Assembly: GCA_049320885.1 (NCBI GenBank)
Contig: JBMORA010000035.1
Span: 1-64,000 of the forward strand
DNA length: 64,000 nucleotides
Reading direction: 5' to 3'
Source: Thermodesulfobacteriota bacterium
GTDB lineage: Bacteria > Desulfobacterota > Desulfobacteria > Desulfobacterales > SURF-7
Positions 28,565-38,039 of the stretch are shown here, piece after piece. Made by a program: the position numbers and the translations under genes. The stretch's first letter is position 1. Each line of letters starts with the position of its first letter. The notes beneath the pieces are model-generated. The model searched no databases, was not told where the DNA came from, and was given only the letters and a program-made list of their open reading frames with translations.

Positions 28565-29713
28565 TCAGGGAACGATGCCCATGCCCTGGAGCACGGACAG
28601 CATGATGGCCGCAGCCATGACCGACCCCACCTGCCCGCCCGTGTTGGCGCCCACGGCGTGCATGAGCAAAAAATTGAATTTATTGTATTTCTGCCCCTCC
28701 TTTTGAACCACCCGGGCCGCCATGGGATAGGCGGAGATTCCGGCGGCGCCGATGAGGGGGTTGATTTTTCCGCCCGTCACCCAGTTCATGAGTTTGCCGA
28801 ACAGAACCCCGCAGACCGTGTCCAGACAGATGGCCAGAAAGCCGAAGGCCAGGATGAGCAGCGTCTGGCCCTTTAAAAAGGCCGGGCCTTCCATGGTGGC
28901 GCCGATGGAGATGCCCAGCAGCAGGGTGACCACATTGGCGATTTCGTTTTCGGAAGCCTTGGTGAGGCGGCTCACCACGCCGCTCTCTTTCATCAGGTTG
29001 CCCAGCATGATGGTCGCCAGCAGCGGCAGTCCCTTGGGGGCGATCAGGCCGCCGACGATGGTGACGAGAATGGGGAAGGCGATCCTGGCTTCCTTGGAAA
29101 CCGGCTTGTTGTCGGCGTTGGTGTTCATATCGATGAGCCGTTCCTTTTCCGTTGTCAGGAACTTCATGATGGGCGGCTGGATCACCGGTACGAGGGACAT
29201 GTAGGAATAGGCGGCGACGGAAACAGCCCCCAGGAGATGGGGGGCGAATTTCGAGGAGACATAGATGGCCGTGGGGCCGTCGCAGGCGCCGATAACACCG
29301 ATGGCCACCGCGTCGAGCTTGTCGAAGCCGAAGGCCAGGGCCAGGCCGATGGTCAGGAAGATTCCGAATTGCCCGGCGGCGCCCAGCAGAAACACCTTGG
29401 GATCCTCCAGGAGCGGGCCGAAATCCGTCATGGCGCCGATGCCGATGAAAATCAACAGGGGGAACAACTCGTTGGTCACCCCCATGTCGTAGATGGTTCG
29501 CAGGAAGCCTTCTTCGCCCATCAGATCCGCCAGCGGTATGTTGACCAGGACGGCGCCGAAACCGATGGGAACCAGCAGGAGCGGCTCCACGTCCTTTTTG
29601 ATCCCCAGATACAGCAGCAGACACCCCACGGCCATCATGATCGGATTCGACCAGTGAAAATGGGCGATGCCCGCCCCCAACCCGCTAAGTCCGTTTATAA
29701 TCGCATCTATCAT
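28565..29713 (-). CDS. oadB: Na+-translocating decarboxylase beta subunit
   Basis: EPLLLVPIGFG, FIGIGAMTDFGPLL, IGACDGPTAI, AAYSYMSLVP. Confidence 0.93.
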   Translation of the reverse strand: MIDAIINGLSGLGAGIAHFHWSNPIMMAVGCLLLYLGIKKDVEPLLLVPIGFGAVLVNIPLADLMGEEGFLRTIYDMGVTNELFPLLIFIGIGAMTDFGPLLEDPKVFLLGAAGQFGIFLTIGLALAFGFDKLDAVAIGVIGACDGPTAIYVSSKFAPHLLGAVSVAAYSYMSLVPVIQPPIMKFLTTEKERLIDMNTNADNKPVSKEARIAFPILVTIVGGLIAPKGLPLLATIMLGNLMKESGVVSRLTKASENEIANVVTLLLGISIGATMEGPAFLKGQTLLILAFGFLAICLDTVCGVLFGKLMNWVTGGKINPLIGAAGISAYPMAARVVQKEGQKYNKFNFLLMHAVGANTGGQVGSVMAAAIMLSVLQGMGIVP

Positions 29714-29733
29714 GGCGTCATCTCACTCTTTCA

Positions 29734-29871
29734 TCAGGATTCTTTGGGTTCTTCCTTCACCGGGAAAACCCTTTTCAGCAACCCCATGAGGACGGCGAAC
29801 AGCCCCAGGGCCGCCATGGTGCCTCCCATGCCGACGATCATCAGGGTGATCCCGAACGTCCAGTTATCCAT
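29734..29871 (-). CDS. oadG: Na+-translocating decarboxylase gamma/delta subunit (OadG family, 45 aa)
   Basis: MDNWTFGITLMIVGMGGTMAALGLFAVLMGLLKRVFPVKEEPKES; GGAGG SD; directly upstream of the beta subunit; absent from the ORF track. Confidence 0.8.
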   Translation of the reverse strand: MDNWTFGITLMIVGMGGTMAALGLFAVLMGLLKRVFPVKEEPKES

Positions 29872-30013
29872 ACGAACCTCCCCATCGATGCAAGGTTGAG
29901 CGATAAATTTTCCTCTTATTTCCTAGGTGATGAAAAAAAGCAATAGGAATTTTAACCGGCCATATCCGCGCCGCGGCGGAGACCGCCGCGGCCGGGCTGT
30001 CGCCGGGGGAACG

Positions 30014-32275
30014 TCAGTCGTACTGTTTCTGGGCGTCGATGACGGCGAGGGCGGTGGTGTTGACGATGTCCTCCACGTCCGCATTGCGCTGCAGCACGTG
30101 GACGGGCTTGCTGGCGCCGGTGAGTATGGGGCCGATGGCCTTGGCGCCGCCCAGTCGGTCCATGAGTTTGTAGGCGATGTTGCCGGCTTCCAGGGACGGG
30201 AATATCAGGATATTGGCCCTGCCCTTCAGTTCGTTGAAACTGTAGACCTCGTTGAGGATCTCCGGAACTACGGCCGTGTCCGCCTGCATTTCGCCGTCGA
30301 TGCTCAGATCCGGCCGCCGTTGTTTCACGATTCGGGTGGCCCGGGCCACTTTTTCCGCCAGGGGATGGCGGGTGCTGCCGAAATTGCTGAAGGACAGCAT
30401 GGCGATCCGGGGTTTGATTTCCAGCAGCCGTTTCACGGTGTCCGCTGCGCAGATGGCGATTTCCGCGAGCTGGTCCGCGTTGGGTTCGATGTTCACGGTG
30501 GTGTCGGCGAAAAACATCACATCCTTGGGAAAGATCATCATGTAGAGCCCGGCGAGGACCGAGGTTTTTTCCTCCAGGGGCAGGGTCTGGAGGGCGGGCC
30601 GGATGGTGGTGGGGTAGTGTTTGTTGATGCCGCCCACCAGTCCGTCGGCGTGGCCCATCTTGACCATCATGGCGCCGAAATAATTGCGGTCGAACCGCAG
30701 GAGCTTCCTGGCTTCCTGGAGGGTGATGCCCTTGCGGGCCCGCAGGGCGAAGAAGGCGGAAACGTATTCCTCGAGTCGTTTGAACGTCCCCGGGTCGGCG
30801 ATGTCCGCGCCGCCGAGTTCCAGGTGGAGCTCGGCGATGCGGCTCCTGATTTCCGTTTCGTTCCCGATCAGAATCGGCTTGGCGATGTTTTCGTCCAGAA
30901 TGACCTGACAGGCCCGCAGGATTTTCGGTTCATTGCCTTCCAGGAACACGATCCGCTTGGGTTGGCGCTGGGCCCGGTGGATGATCCGACGCATGATTTC
31001 CTGGGTCCTTCCCAGGCGGCTCTCCAGGCTGTCCCGGTAGGCATCCCAGTCCGATATGGGTTTTTGGGCCACTCCGGTGGCAACCGCCGCCCGGGCCACG
31101 GCGATGGTTTCCTGGATCAGCACACGGGGATCGAACGGTTTGGGAATGATGTATCGGGGGCCGAACTCGACCATCTGGCCGCCATAGGCCCTGAGCACCG
31201 CATCGGGGATGTCTTCCTTGGCGAGATCCGCCAGGGCCTTGACCGCGGCGATTTTCATTTCGTCGTTGATGGCCGTGGCGCCCACGTCCAGGGCGCCGCG
31301 AAAAATGAACGGAAAGCCGAGGACATTGTTTACCTGATTGGGATAATCCGAGCGGCCCGTGGCCATGATCAGATCCTCCCGGACGCTCGCGGCTTCGTCG
31401 TATTCGATTTCCGGATCCGGATTGGCCAGGGCGAACACCACCGGCCTTGCGGCCATGCCCGCGATCATTTCCCGGGTGACGATTCCCGCCGCGGAAACGC
31501 CCACGAACACGTCGGCGTCTTTCATGACCCCGGCCAGGTTCCGGGGGGCGTCGCCGTTGGCCCAGCGTTCCTTGTAGGGATTCATGCCTTCCCGCCGGCC
31601 CCGGTGCACCAGCCCGATGGAATCCACCAGATACAGATTCTCCCGTCTCGCTCCCAGCCGGACATAGAGATCGGCGCAGGCAATGCCCGCGGCGCCCGCC
31701 CCGGAAATCACAATGCGCACCTCATCGATTTTTTTGCCCTGGATTTCCAGGGCGTTGAGCAGGGCCGCGCCGGAAATGATGGCGGTGCCGTGCTGATCGT
31801 CATGGAAGACCGGGATGTTCATGATCCGCTTCAGGCCCTCTTCGATGTGGAAGCATTCCGGGGCCTTGATATCTTCCAGGTTGATGCCGCCGAAGGTGGG
31901 TTCCAGCAGCTTGACGGTGCGGATGATTTCGTCCGGATCGGTGGCGGCCAGTTCGATGTCGAACACGTCGATATCGGCAAAGCGCTTGAACAGAACGGCT
32001 TTCCCCTCCATCACCGGCTTGGCCGCCAGGGGGCCGATATTTCCCAGCCCCAGGACAGCCGTGCCGTTGGTCACAATGGCCACCAGATTCGACTTGGCCG
32101 TATACTCGAAGACCGTGTTCGGATCCTTGGCGATCTCCCGGCAAGGCTCGGCCACGCCGGGGGTGTAGGCCATGGAAAGGTCCCGCTGGGTCAGACAGGG
32201 CTTGGTGGAGCGGATTTCGATTTTTCCCGGTCGGTCCGACCGGTGATATTCCAGGGCGTCTTTTGCTCGAATCAC
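30014..32275 (-). CDS. maeB: NADP-dependent malic enzyme with PTA-like domain
   Basis: [47 protein letters not shown]. Confidence 0.95.
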   Translation of the reverse strand: MIRAKDALEYHRSDRPGKIEIRSTKPCLTQRDLSMAYTPGVAEPCREIAKDPNTVFEYTAKSNLVAIVTNGTAVLGLGNIGPLAAKPVMEGKAVLFKRFADIDVFDIELAATDPDEIIRTVKLLEPTFGGINLEDIKAPECFHIEEGLKRIMNIPVFHDDQHGTAIISGAALLNALEIQGKKIDEVRIVISGAGAAGIACADLYVRLGARRENLYLVDSIGLVHRGRREGMNPYKERWANGDAPRNLAGVMKDADVFVGVSAAGIVTREMIAGMAARPVVFALANPDPEIEYDEAASVREDLIMATGRSDYPNQVNNVLGFPFIFRGALDVGATAINDEMKIAAVKALADLAKEDIPDAVLRAYGGQMVEFGPRYIIPKPFDPRVLIQETIAVARAAVATGVAQKPISDWDAYRDSLESRLGRTQEIMRRIIHRAQRQPKRIVFLEGNEPKILRACQVILDENIAKPILIGNETEIRSRIAELHLELGGADIADPGTFKRLEEYVSAFFALRARKGITLQEARKLLRFDRNYFGAMMVKMGHADGLVGGINKHYPTTIRPALQTLPLEEKTSVLAGLYMMIFPKDVMFFADTTVNIEPNADQLAEIAICAADTVKRLLEIKPRIAMLSFSNFGSTRHPLAEKVARATRIVKQRRPDLSIDGEMQADTAVVPEILNEVYSFNELKGRANILIFPSLEAGNIAYKLMDRLGGAKAIGPILTGASKPVHVLQRNADVEDIVNTTALAVIDAQKQYD

Positions 32276-32429
32276 GTCGACTCCTTATGTTGTCGGTGAT
32301 CCCGGTCTGTTGCCGGGCCTGTCTACCCGGGGGCGGCGATTGCGGAAACCATAGCGCCATCCCGGTTCCGGCGTCAACAGTTTTATGGCCGCGGCGGTGC
32401 CGGTTGGAACAGGTGGGTCGGAAAGGTGT

Positions 32430-32502
32430 TCATGCCTGCCGGACTCGATCCGGCATCCAGCAAATACAATATGTTCTGGGATCCCGCTTTCGCCGGAGTG
32501 AC
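32430..32502. repeat. Pair of inverted REP-like palindromic units
   Basis: tcatgcctgccggactcgatccggcatccag ... ctgggatcccgctttcgccggagtgac; each unit has an internal hairpin. Confidence 0.55.
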
Positions 32503-32794
32503 GGAACAGGGACTTTTTACCTTTTTATCGACGTTCTGATATGAAAAATTCTTAACTTGTGCGGTTTTTTCCATCATTTATTCTGGCTCCTGGCTGATGT
32601 GCAGGTGGTTGATTACCTTCTTTTTCGCTCCCCCTCTTTACAAACCCCGTATATATTGGATAATATGGATTACTGCGCGAACCAGCTGCATGGGGACGCG
32701 CAACAGCCGTGCGCTCTTGAGCCGCGATTATCGCACCGGGCAAAGCGCGGCGTATCTTGGAGGGTGAAAGCCCCTACCGCATGGGAAAGTAGGA

Positions 32795-33181
32795 ATGAGA
32801 AACAAATTTCTTGGAACCGGCCATCAAGGATTCAACCCAATACGAAAAATTCGTGTAGCCATACGTGGCGTCCACTATGCAGTGGTATTTGATTTCGCCG
32901 TTGCCTACAAGATCGTACTGTCGTTTTTTATCCTGGCAGGCTGCTTTTATTACCGCCAGTGGCTTGATTTTAATTTGGTGCTGGTTTCAACGGCTCTGAT
33001 GCTCGTCGCGGAAATGTTTAACACGACAATTGAGGCCCTCTGTGATTTTATAGAGTCCAATGAAAATGAGAAAATAGGCATTGTGAAGGATATCTCGGCA
33101 TCGGCCGCGGGAATCAGCATACTGGTCTGGTTTGTGGTCGTAATTATTGAATCAATCCGTGTATTTCAGATGGTAACCTAG
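32795..33181 (+). CDS. Diacylglycerol/undecaprenol kinase family protein
   Basis: AEMFNTTIEALCD...KIGIVKDISASA; three TM segments; visibly AT-richer than its neighbours. Confidence 0.8.
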   Translation: MRNKFLGTGHQGFNPIRKIRVAIRGVHYAVVFDFAVAYKIVLSFFILAGCFYYRQWLDFNLVLVSTALMLVAEMFNTTIEALCDFIESNENEKIGIVKDISASAAGISILVWFVVVIIESIRVFQMVT

Positions 33182-33262
33182 CTCCCAAAATCGCGGATCA
33201 AGGCGCTGCGGAACCGGTTGTTTGAAAGCGCCGGTCAGCGCGATTCCGGCCAGGAAGACCTC

Positions 33263-34579
33263 TCATGGAGAGGTAAGCAGAAATGTGCGCAGGTTGATTT
33301 TCTTGCCGGTCAGGCCCGTCTTTTGGCGAATGCTGTTGCGATGCCCCTCCACGGTCCGCAGGGACAGCCCGGCCAGTGACGCGATTTCCTTGTTGGTGCG
33401 GCCCATTTTTACCAGGTTGGCCACCCGGATCTCCATGGGGGTCAGCTTCAGGTGGCGGGCCGACAGACGCCGGGGGAATGTGGACAGAATATCCATGAGG
33501 TTGGACTCGATGACCTCCACACACCGCCGCTGGTGTTCCTCCAGCCGGCCCGCCTTGAGCTGCTCGATATACGGCAGCAGCAGTTCGTGCACATTGGCCA
33601 GGATGGTTTCCTCCAGGGTTTTGCGGTCATCCTCCCTCCCTCTCAGCAGGACCCGCAGGGCCGTATTGGCCTCCTCGAGATTAACGGTCCGCTCGCGGAC
33701 TTTCTGCTCCAGTTTCGCGTGGGCCCGGCGCAGCATGGTTTCCGCTTGTTTCCGGTCCGTGATATCCCGGGCGATGCCCAGGGCAACGGCCCTGCCGTCG
33801 ATCATCACCGGGTAGGATCGGATTTCCACGGCGACCTGGGTGCCGTCCTTGCGGTTCAGGATGAACTCGGTGGGTTGGGAGGCCTGCCCCTGGCGCAGTT
33901 TTTCCAGGCTTTCCAGGGCATGGCCGATCTGATCCGGCGGCAGGATGTGGAGCTGGAGATAGTTCCGGCCGATCAGTTCCTCTTTCCGGTAGCCGATGAT
34001 CCGCTCCGCGGCCCGGTTGCCGTCGAGGAAGACGCCGTTCAAATCCGTCAGATAATAAGCGTCCGGCGCCAGTTCGAACAGGATTTTCAGGCGTTCCTCG
34101 GAGTTTTTCAGGGCCGCTTCGGTCTTTTTCCGATCGGTGATGTCCCGGGTTCCATAGACGATCCGGTCCGGTCTGCCGGAGGTCCGGCACACGAGGTTGC
34201 CGACGGTTTCCACCCATTTGTAGGAACCGTCGGCGCAGCGATGGCGGAATTCGATGAAAATCTGGGTGCCGAGACGGATGCCGTTTTTCACCGCGAGGGC
34301 CACCGCCTCCCGGTCCTCCGGATGGATGTAATCCAGGATGTTGCAGCGGATCAGATCATCGGGATGATGTCCGGAAATTGTCTGGCAGGAAGGGCTCATG
34401 TATTCGATGACGCCGTGCAGGTCGGTCATGCAGATCAGGTCCAGCATGTTGTCGGTGATCATGGTCAGACGCCGGGCTGTTTCCCGGAACGGATCCGCGG
34501 CGGTCGCCTGGTGACGTGGCGCATCGACCGGCGCTGCCGTCGGGTGTTGCGGGGATACGGGTGATGAAGGGGCAACCAT
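33263..34579 (-). CDS. PAS-PAS-LuxR HTH transcriptional regulator
   Basis: Two PAS/PAC domains (IHPEDR, RDITDRK twice) plus LTPMEIRVANLVKMGRTNKEIA...HRNSIRQK; AGGAG SD before 34579. Confidence 0.88.
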   Translation of the reverse strand: MVAPSSPVSPQHPTAAPVDAPRHQATAADPFRETARRLTMITDNMLDLICMTDLHGVIEYMSPSCQTISGHHPDDLIRCNILDYIHPEDREAVALAVKNGIRLGTQIFIEFRHRCADGSYKWVETVGNLVCRTSGRPDRIVYGTRDITDRKKTEAALKNSEERLKILFELAPDAYYLTDLNGVFLDGNRAAERIIGYRKEELIGRNYLQLHILPPDQIGHALESLEKLRQGQASQPTEFILNRKDGTQVAVEIRSYPVMIDGRAVALGIARDITDRKQAETMLRRAHAKLEQKVRERTVNLEEANTALRVLLRGREDDRKTLEETILANVHELLLPYIEQLKAGRLEEHQRRCVEVIESNLMDILSTFPRRLSARHLKLTPMEIRVANLVKMGRTNKEIASLAGLSLRTVEGHRNSIRQKTGLTGKKINLRTFLLTSP

Positions 34580-34789
34580 CCACGGCTCCTGAATGCTTGA
34601 ACCGCCGGTTGCCGCAGCCGGGACGCCGGAAGGGAACGCTTGCAGCCGGCGGTCCGTCCGAACCTCCTTTGCGGAGAAGACCGGCGATGACGCAAACCAT
34701 ATCGCCAAGTCTGTTGCGGCGTCAACAGTTTTGACAGCCGCGGCCGGCCCGGCAGGCAACCGGGGACCGCGGCGTAACGGAAGGTTCGG

Positions 34790-35635
34790 TCAGGGCTGGT
34801 CGCCGTCCACGAACAGGGTCAGCGGCGTTGTCGCGCTGAAAGTCAGATTGGTTTTGGACCAGACGCCGTAGAAGGCAGCGTCGATGAATTTGTCCACGCT
34901 GGTGGCCAGGTCGGTGAAGAAATAGCTCGGGGTCGTCATGCAGTTGGTGCAGGCCGGACAATGGCCGTCGCAGAAGCTGCAGTGGAAGAACTTGGGGGAG
35001 TAGCCGCAGGGACCCCAGACATATTTCTTGGCCACGCGCACAAAGGCCCGGGGGCCGGCGCTGCCGTAATAGGCGGCCTCGGCGGCGTCTTCCTTGGTCA
35101 CGAAGCAGGTGGTGACGTTAAAGCCCCAGTAAAGGGCCGGGACATGGACGGTTCCGGTTTCGCTGCAGTTGTAGGGATCGATGCTGAACACCGCATCCGC
35201 CAGGCCGGGATTGCCGGCGACGGCGTTTTGGGCCGCCTGGCCGCCGGCCGAGTGCCCGCCCATGATCCAGTGGGCGATGGCCCTGCAATTGGTGGCGGCC
35301 AGCCAGCCCACCAGGTTGGTCCGCACATCCAGCGCCAGGTTCCTGAATTTCGTCGCGTCGGTCTTGATCATGTTCCCGGGATTGTGATCCATGATCACGA
35401 CGATATGGCCGAGATTGGCCATGGCGTTGGCCAGGTTGCCGTAACTGCTGGTGAGCATGGAGGTGCCCACACCCAGCAGGATCGCGTCGCTCGTGGCCGG
35501 GCAGGCGGTGGAATAATATACCCGGACATTTCCGGTGGCGAGGCTTTTGTCGAAATAATTCGCCCGGGCGGCGGTGATGGAGAAGCAACACACGGTGATC
35601 AGGATCATGGTGAAAACGGTGACGGTTCGTTGCAT
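34790..35635 (-). CDS. Secreted alpha/beta hydrolase (chlorophyllase/cutinase-like), Cys-rich
   Basis: Signal peptide ending ARA; GHSAGG nucleophile elbow; SIDP; many Cys. Confidence 0.75.
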   Translation of the reverse strand: MQRTVTVFTMILITVCCFSITAARANYFDKSLATGNVRVYYSTACPATSDAILLGVGTSMLTSSYGNLANAMANLGHIVVIMDHNPGNMIKTDATKFRNLALDVRTNLVGWLAATNCRAIAHWIMGGHSAGGQAAQNAVAGNPGLADAVFSIDPYNCSETGTVHVPALYWGFNVTTCFVTKEDAAEAAYYGSAGPRAFVRVAKKYVWGPCGYSPKFFHCSFCDGHCPACTNCMTTPSYFFTDLATSVDKFIDAAFYGVWSKTNLTFSATTPLTLFVDGDQP

Positions 35636-35920
35636 GGGCCCCCCTTGGATGAGATGATTGCGGGTTGATGATGGACATATGGATGAAACGGAATGAATCG
35701 ATAGATAGCCGGAAACGGGGTGTTGGACAACACTAGAAAAATACGCATGAAATACCTATATAATACACGTATTAAATGCCTGCCCAATGAACAACCCAGC
35801 CGGGGCTTGCTTTTGCGGCCGGGGCCAAGTATTTTAGGATCGCGGGTTCGCCGGAATCGTATGTCGAACCGACGCAATCAACCGAACCAATGGCCGGACC
35901 GGACCGGCCGGGAGGTGACC

Positions 35921-37225
35921 ATGAATGCTTCCAGGACCAAAGTCGTGTTGGCGGACACCAGGCCGGGCATCTCCTCGGCGGTCGGTGAAGTTTTCGACCA
36001 TTTCGGCGGTGGTGCGGCGCTGCTGCGCGCCAGCCGGGATGTATACATCAAAGTGAACGGTGTGGGGCCGGAACCGAATGTCTATACCGATCCGGAGGTG
36101 TTGCGCGCCGTCATCGTCTACTTCAAGGATTGCGGCGCCCGGTCCATCCATGTCCTGGAGAACTGCACCCAGGCCAATTTCACCCGCCTGGTTTTTAAAG
36201 GCACCGGGTACGACCGGGTCTGCCGGGAAACGGGCGCCATACCGGTCTATCTGGATGAAACCGCGGCTGTCCCGGTTTTTCTCGAAGGGCTTGAGGAATT
36301 CATCGACATCTCCCGTTTCGTGTCCGAGCGCCTGATGGAACAGCGGCCGGAGAATCTGTATCTTTCCCTGCCCAAGCTCAAGACCCACTCGATGTCCCAG
36401 GTGACCTTGTCCATCAAAAACCAGTTCGGGCTCGTGCATCAGCACAGCCGCATCGCGGACCACAACTACCGCCTGCACCAGAAATTCGCCGATATCTATC
36501 GGGTGCTGCGGCCGGATTTCAGTCTCATCGACGGCCTGATCGCCACCACCCATGGTCATTACCCCACGGCCTACAATGCCGACAAATGCCTGGTGCCCAT
36601 GAATCTCCTCGTGGGCGGCCCGGATTCCCTGGCCGTGGATGTCGTGGGTGCCGGCCTCATGGGTTTTGACGTGCAGGAAGTCACGCATCTGGAACTCTGC
36701 CGTGCCATGGGCATCGGCGTCGGCGACCTGGAGCGGATCGAGATCGTCCCCCGGAACCTCTTTGAGGAACGCAGGCAGAAGCTCACCTGTGAATTGCTGG
36801 ACGACTTCCCGCCGGACCTGACCTTCATCCGGGGGCGGGAGCGCTGCTGCCTGGAGGGATGCCGCCGCAACACCGAAAGCGTGGTGGAGATGATCTATCG
36901 GGATCATGGCGGCCGGGGCGGCTTTACGATTCTCATGGGCAAGGGCATCGACCGGCAGGTAGTTGACCGGATCACGGGGCGGGTGCATCTTGCCGGCAGT
37001 TGCGCCATCCAGGAGCATGGCGTGGCCTTGCAGGCGCGCCTGGGCAACCGCAAGGTGACCATGAGTCCGGGCTGCAATGATCTGGCCCTGACCGTGCATG
37101 GCCTATGCCGGCAAATGAAAGTGCATCCGTTGCAACTGTCCCAGGTGGATCCCTTGCGCTCCGCGGCCTTGCTCATCATGGCCAGGCTCAGGGGAACCCG
37201 CGCCAATATCGTTCCCCTGATTTGA
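35921..37225 (+). CDS. DUF362 domain Fe-S protein
   Basis: YIKVNG, TDPEVL, LPKLKTH, TLSIKNQFG, IDGLIA, LAVD; C-terminal Cys cluster (CCLEGC, GSCA, PGC). Confidence 0.8.
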   Translation: MNASRTKVVLADTRPGISSAVGEVFDHFGGGAALLRASRDVYIKVNGVGPEPNVYTDPEVLRAVIVYFKDCGARSIHVLENCTQANFTRLVFKGTGYDRVCRETGAIPVYLDETAAVPVFLEGLEEFIDISRFVSERLMEQRPENLYLSLPKLKTHSMSQVTLSIKNQFGLVHQHSRIADHNYRLHQKFADIYRVLRPDFSLIDGLIATTHGHYPTAYNADKCLVPMNLLVGGPDSLAVDVVGAGLMGFDVQEVTHLELCRAMGIGVGDLERIEIVPRNLFEERRQKLTCELLDDFPPDLTFIRGRERCCLEGCRRNTESVVEMIYRDHGGRGGFTILMGKGIDRQVVDRITGRVHLAGSCAIQEHGVALQARLGNRKVTMSPGCNDLALTVHGLCRQMKVHPLQLSQVDPLRSAALLIMARLRGTRANIVPLI

Positions 37226-37257
37226 TGTGGACCAACATGGCGGGAACACCATATCCA

Positions 37258-37452
37258 CTAGTCGAACATCATGGTGCATTTCGCCAGAATCGTTTTGATC
37301 ACCGGACTGTTGGCGGCCAGAAAAAAGGTCAGCTTTTCCAGGTCGTACTCGTCCGTCTCGATCCCCCGCGCTTCCAGGAGATCGGTCAACTGCATGGCGG
37401 CCTCGATGACCCGATCATGGGCATCGGCCTCTCGTTTCGAAATGGCCTGCAT
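37258..37452 (-). CDS. Short YebG-like paralog
   Basis: SKREADAHDRVIEAAMQL aligns with DKREADAYDKMLDAADEL of the upstream gene. Confidence 0.6.
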   Translation of the reverse strand: MQAISKREADAHDRVIEAAMQLTDLLEARGIETDEYDLEKLTFFLAANSPVIKTILAKCTMMFD

Positions 37453-37458
37453 GCGGGC

Positions 37459-37797
37459 CTATTTGCTTTTGCGCTTGGATTTCTCCACCGGCGCCTTTTC
37501 TTTTTCCGTATCCGGGGCGGCGGACGGGGCGTCGGACGACCGTTTGGCCGGCGCAAGCGGCTTGACGTTCTTCAGGATCCGGGTGACCTCGGGACCGTTT
37601 TTGGCCAGCACCACCGCGATTTCCCGGATGGTCCGGTCATTCAGATCGATCTCGATGCCGCTGTGGCGGATGAAGGTCTCCAACTCGTCCGCCGCGTCCA
37701 GCATCTTGTCATAGGCGTCGGCCTCTCTTTTGTCGGTGAACGCCTGTTCCAGCTCGACGCCGTTACGGACGATGAAATATTTTACGATGACGGCCAT
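37459..37797 (-). CDS. YebG family protein
   Basis: MAVIVKYFIVRNGVE...FTDKREADAYDKMLDAA; GAGGAG SD. Confidence 0.85.
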   Translation of the reverse strand: MAVIVKYFIVRNGVELEQAFTDKREADAYDKMLDAADELETFIRHSGIEIDLNDRTIREIAVVLAKNGPEVTRILKNVKPLAPAKRSSDAPSAAPDTEKEKAPVEKSKRKSK

Positions 37798-38039
37798 CTG
37801 GCACTCCTCTGCTGTTATCGGGATAACGACCATGCCCCAAGGCAGGTCCTTGGTTAGCATTTTATCCTGTTGATATCAATATGGACAAGGAGTGTCTATT
37901 TACAAACCGGAGATTTGCTGCTAAAAAACCCCAAGATGTTGGATGTCGATGACCGGTGGACAACAACAGGTCGTGCATCCGGCCATGTGCCATCCTTCCT
38001 TCGCGCTGTGCGGCATGACCCATTCCGAAAGGCGATGAT

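Noticed and set aside
29927..32299. 790-aa plus-strand ORF and similar long antisense ORFs (11318-13183, 18747-20309, 44399-46339, 53716-55158)
   Set aside because: Shadow frames of well-supported genes in GC-rich DNA; no motifs.
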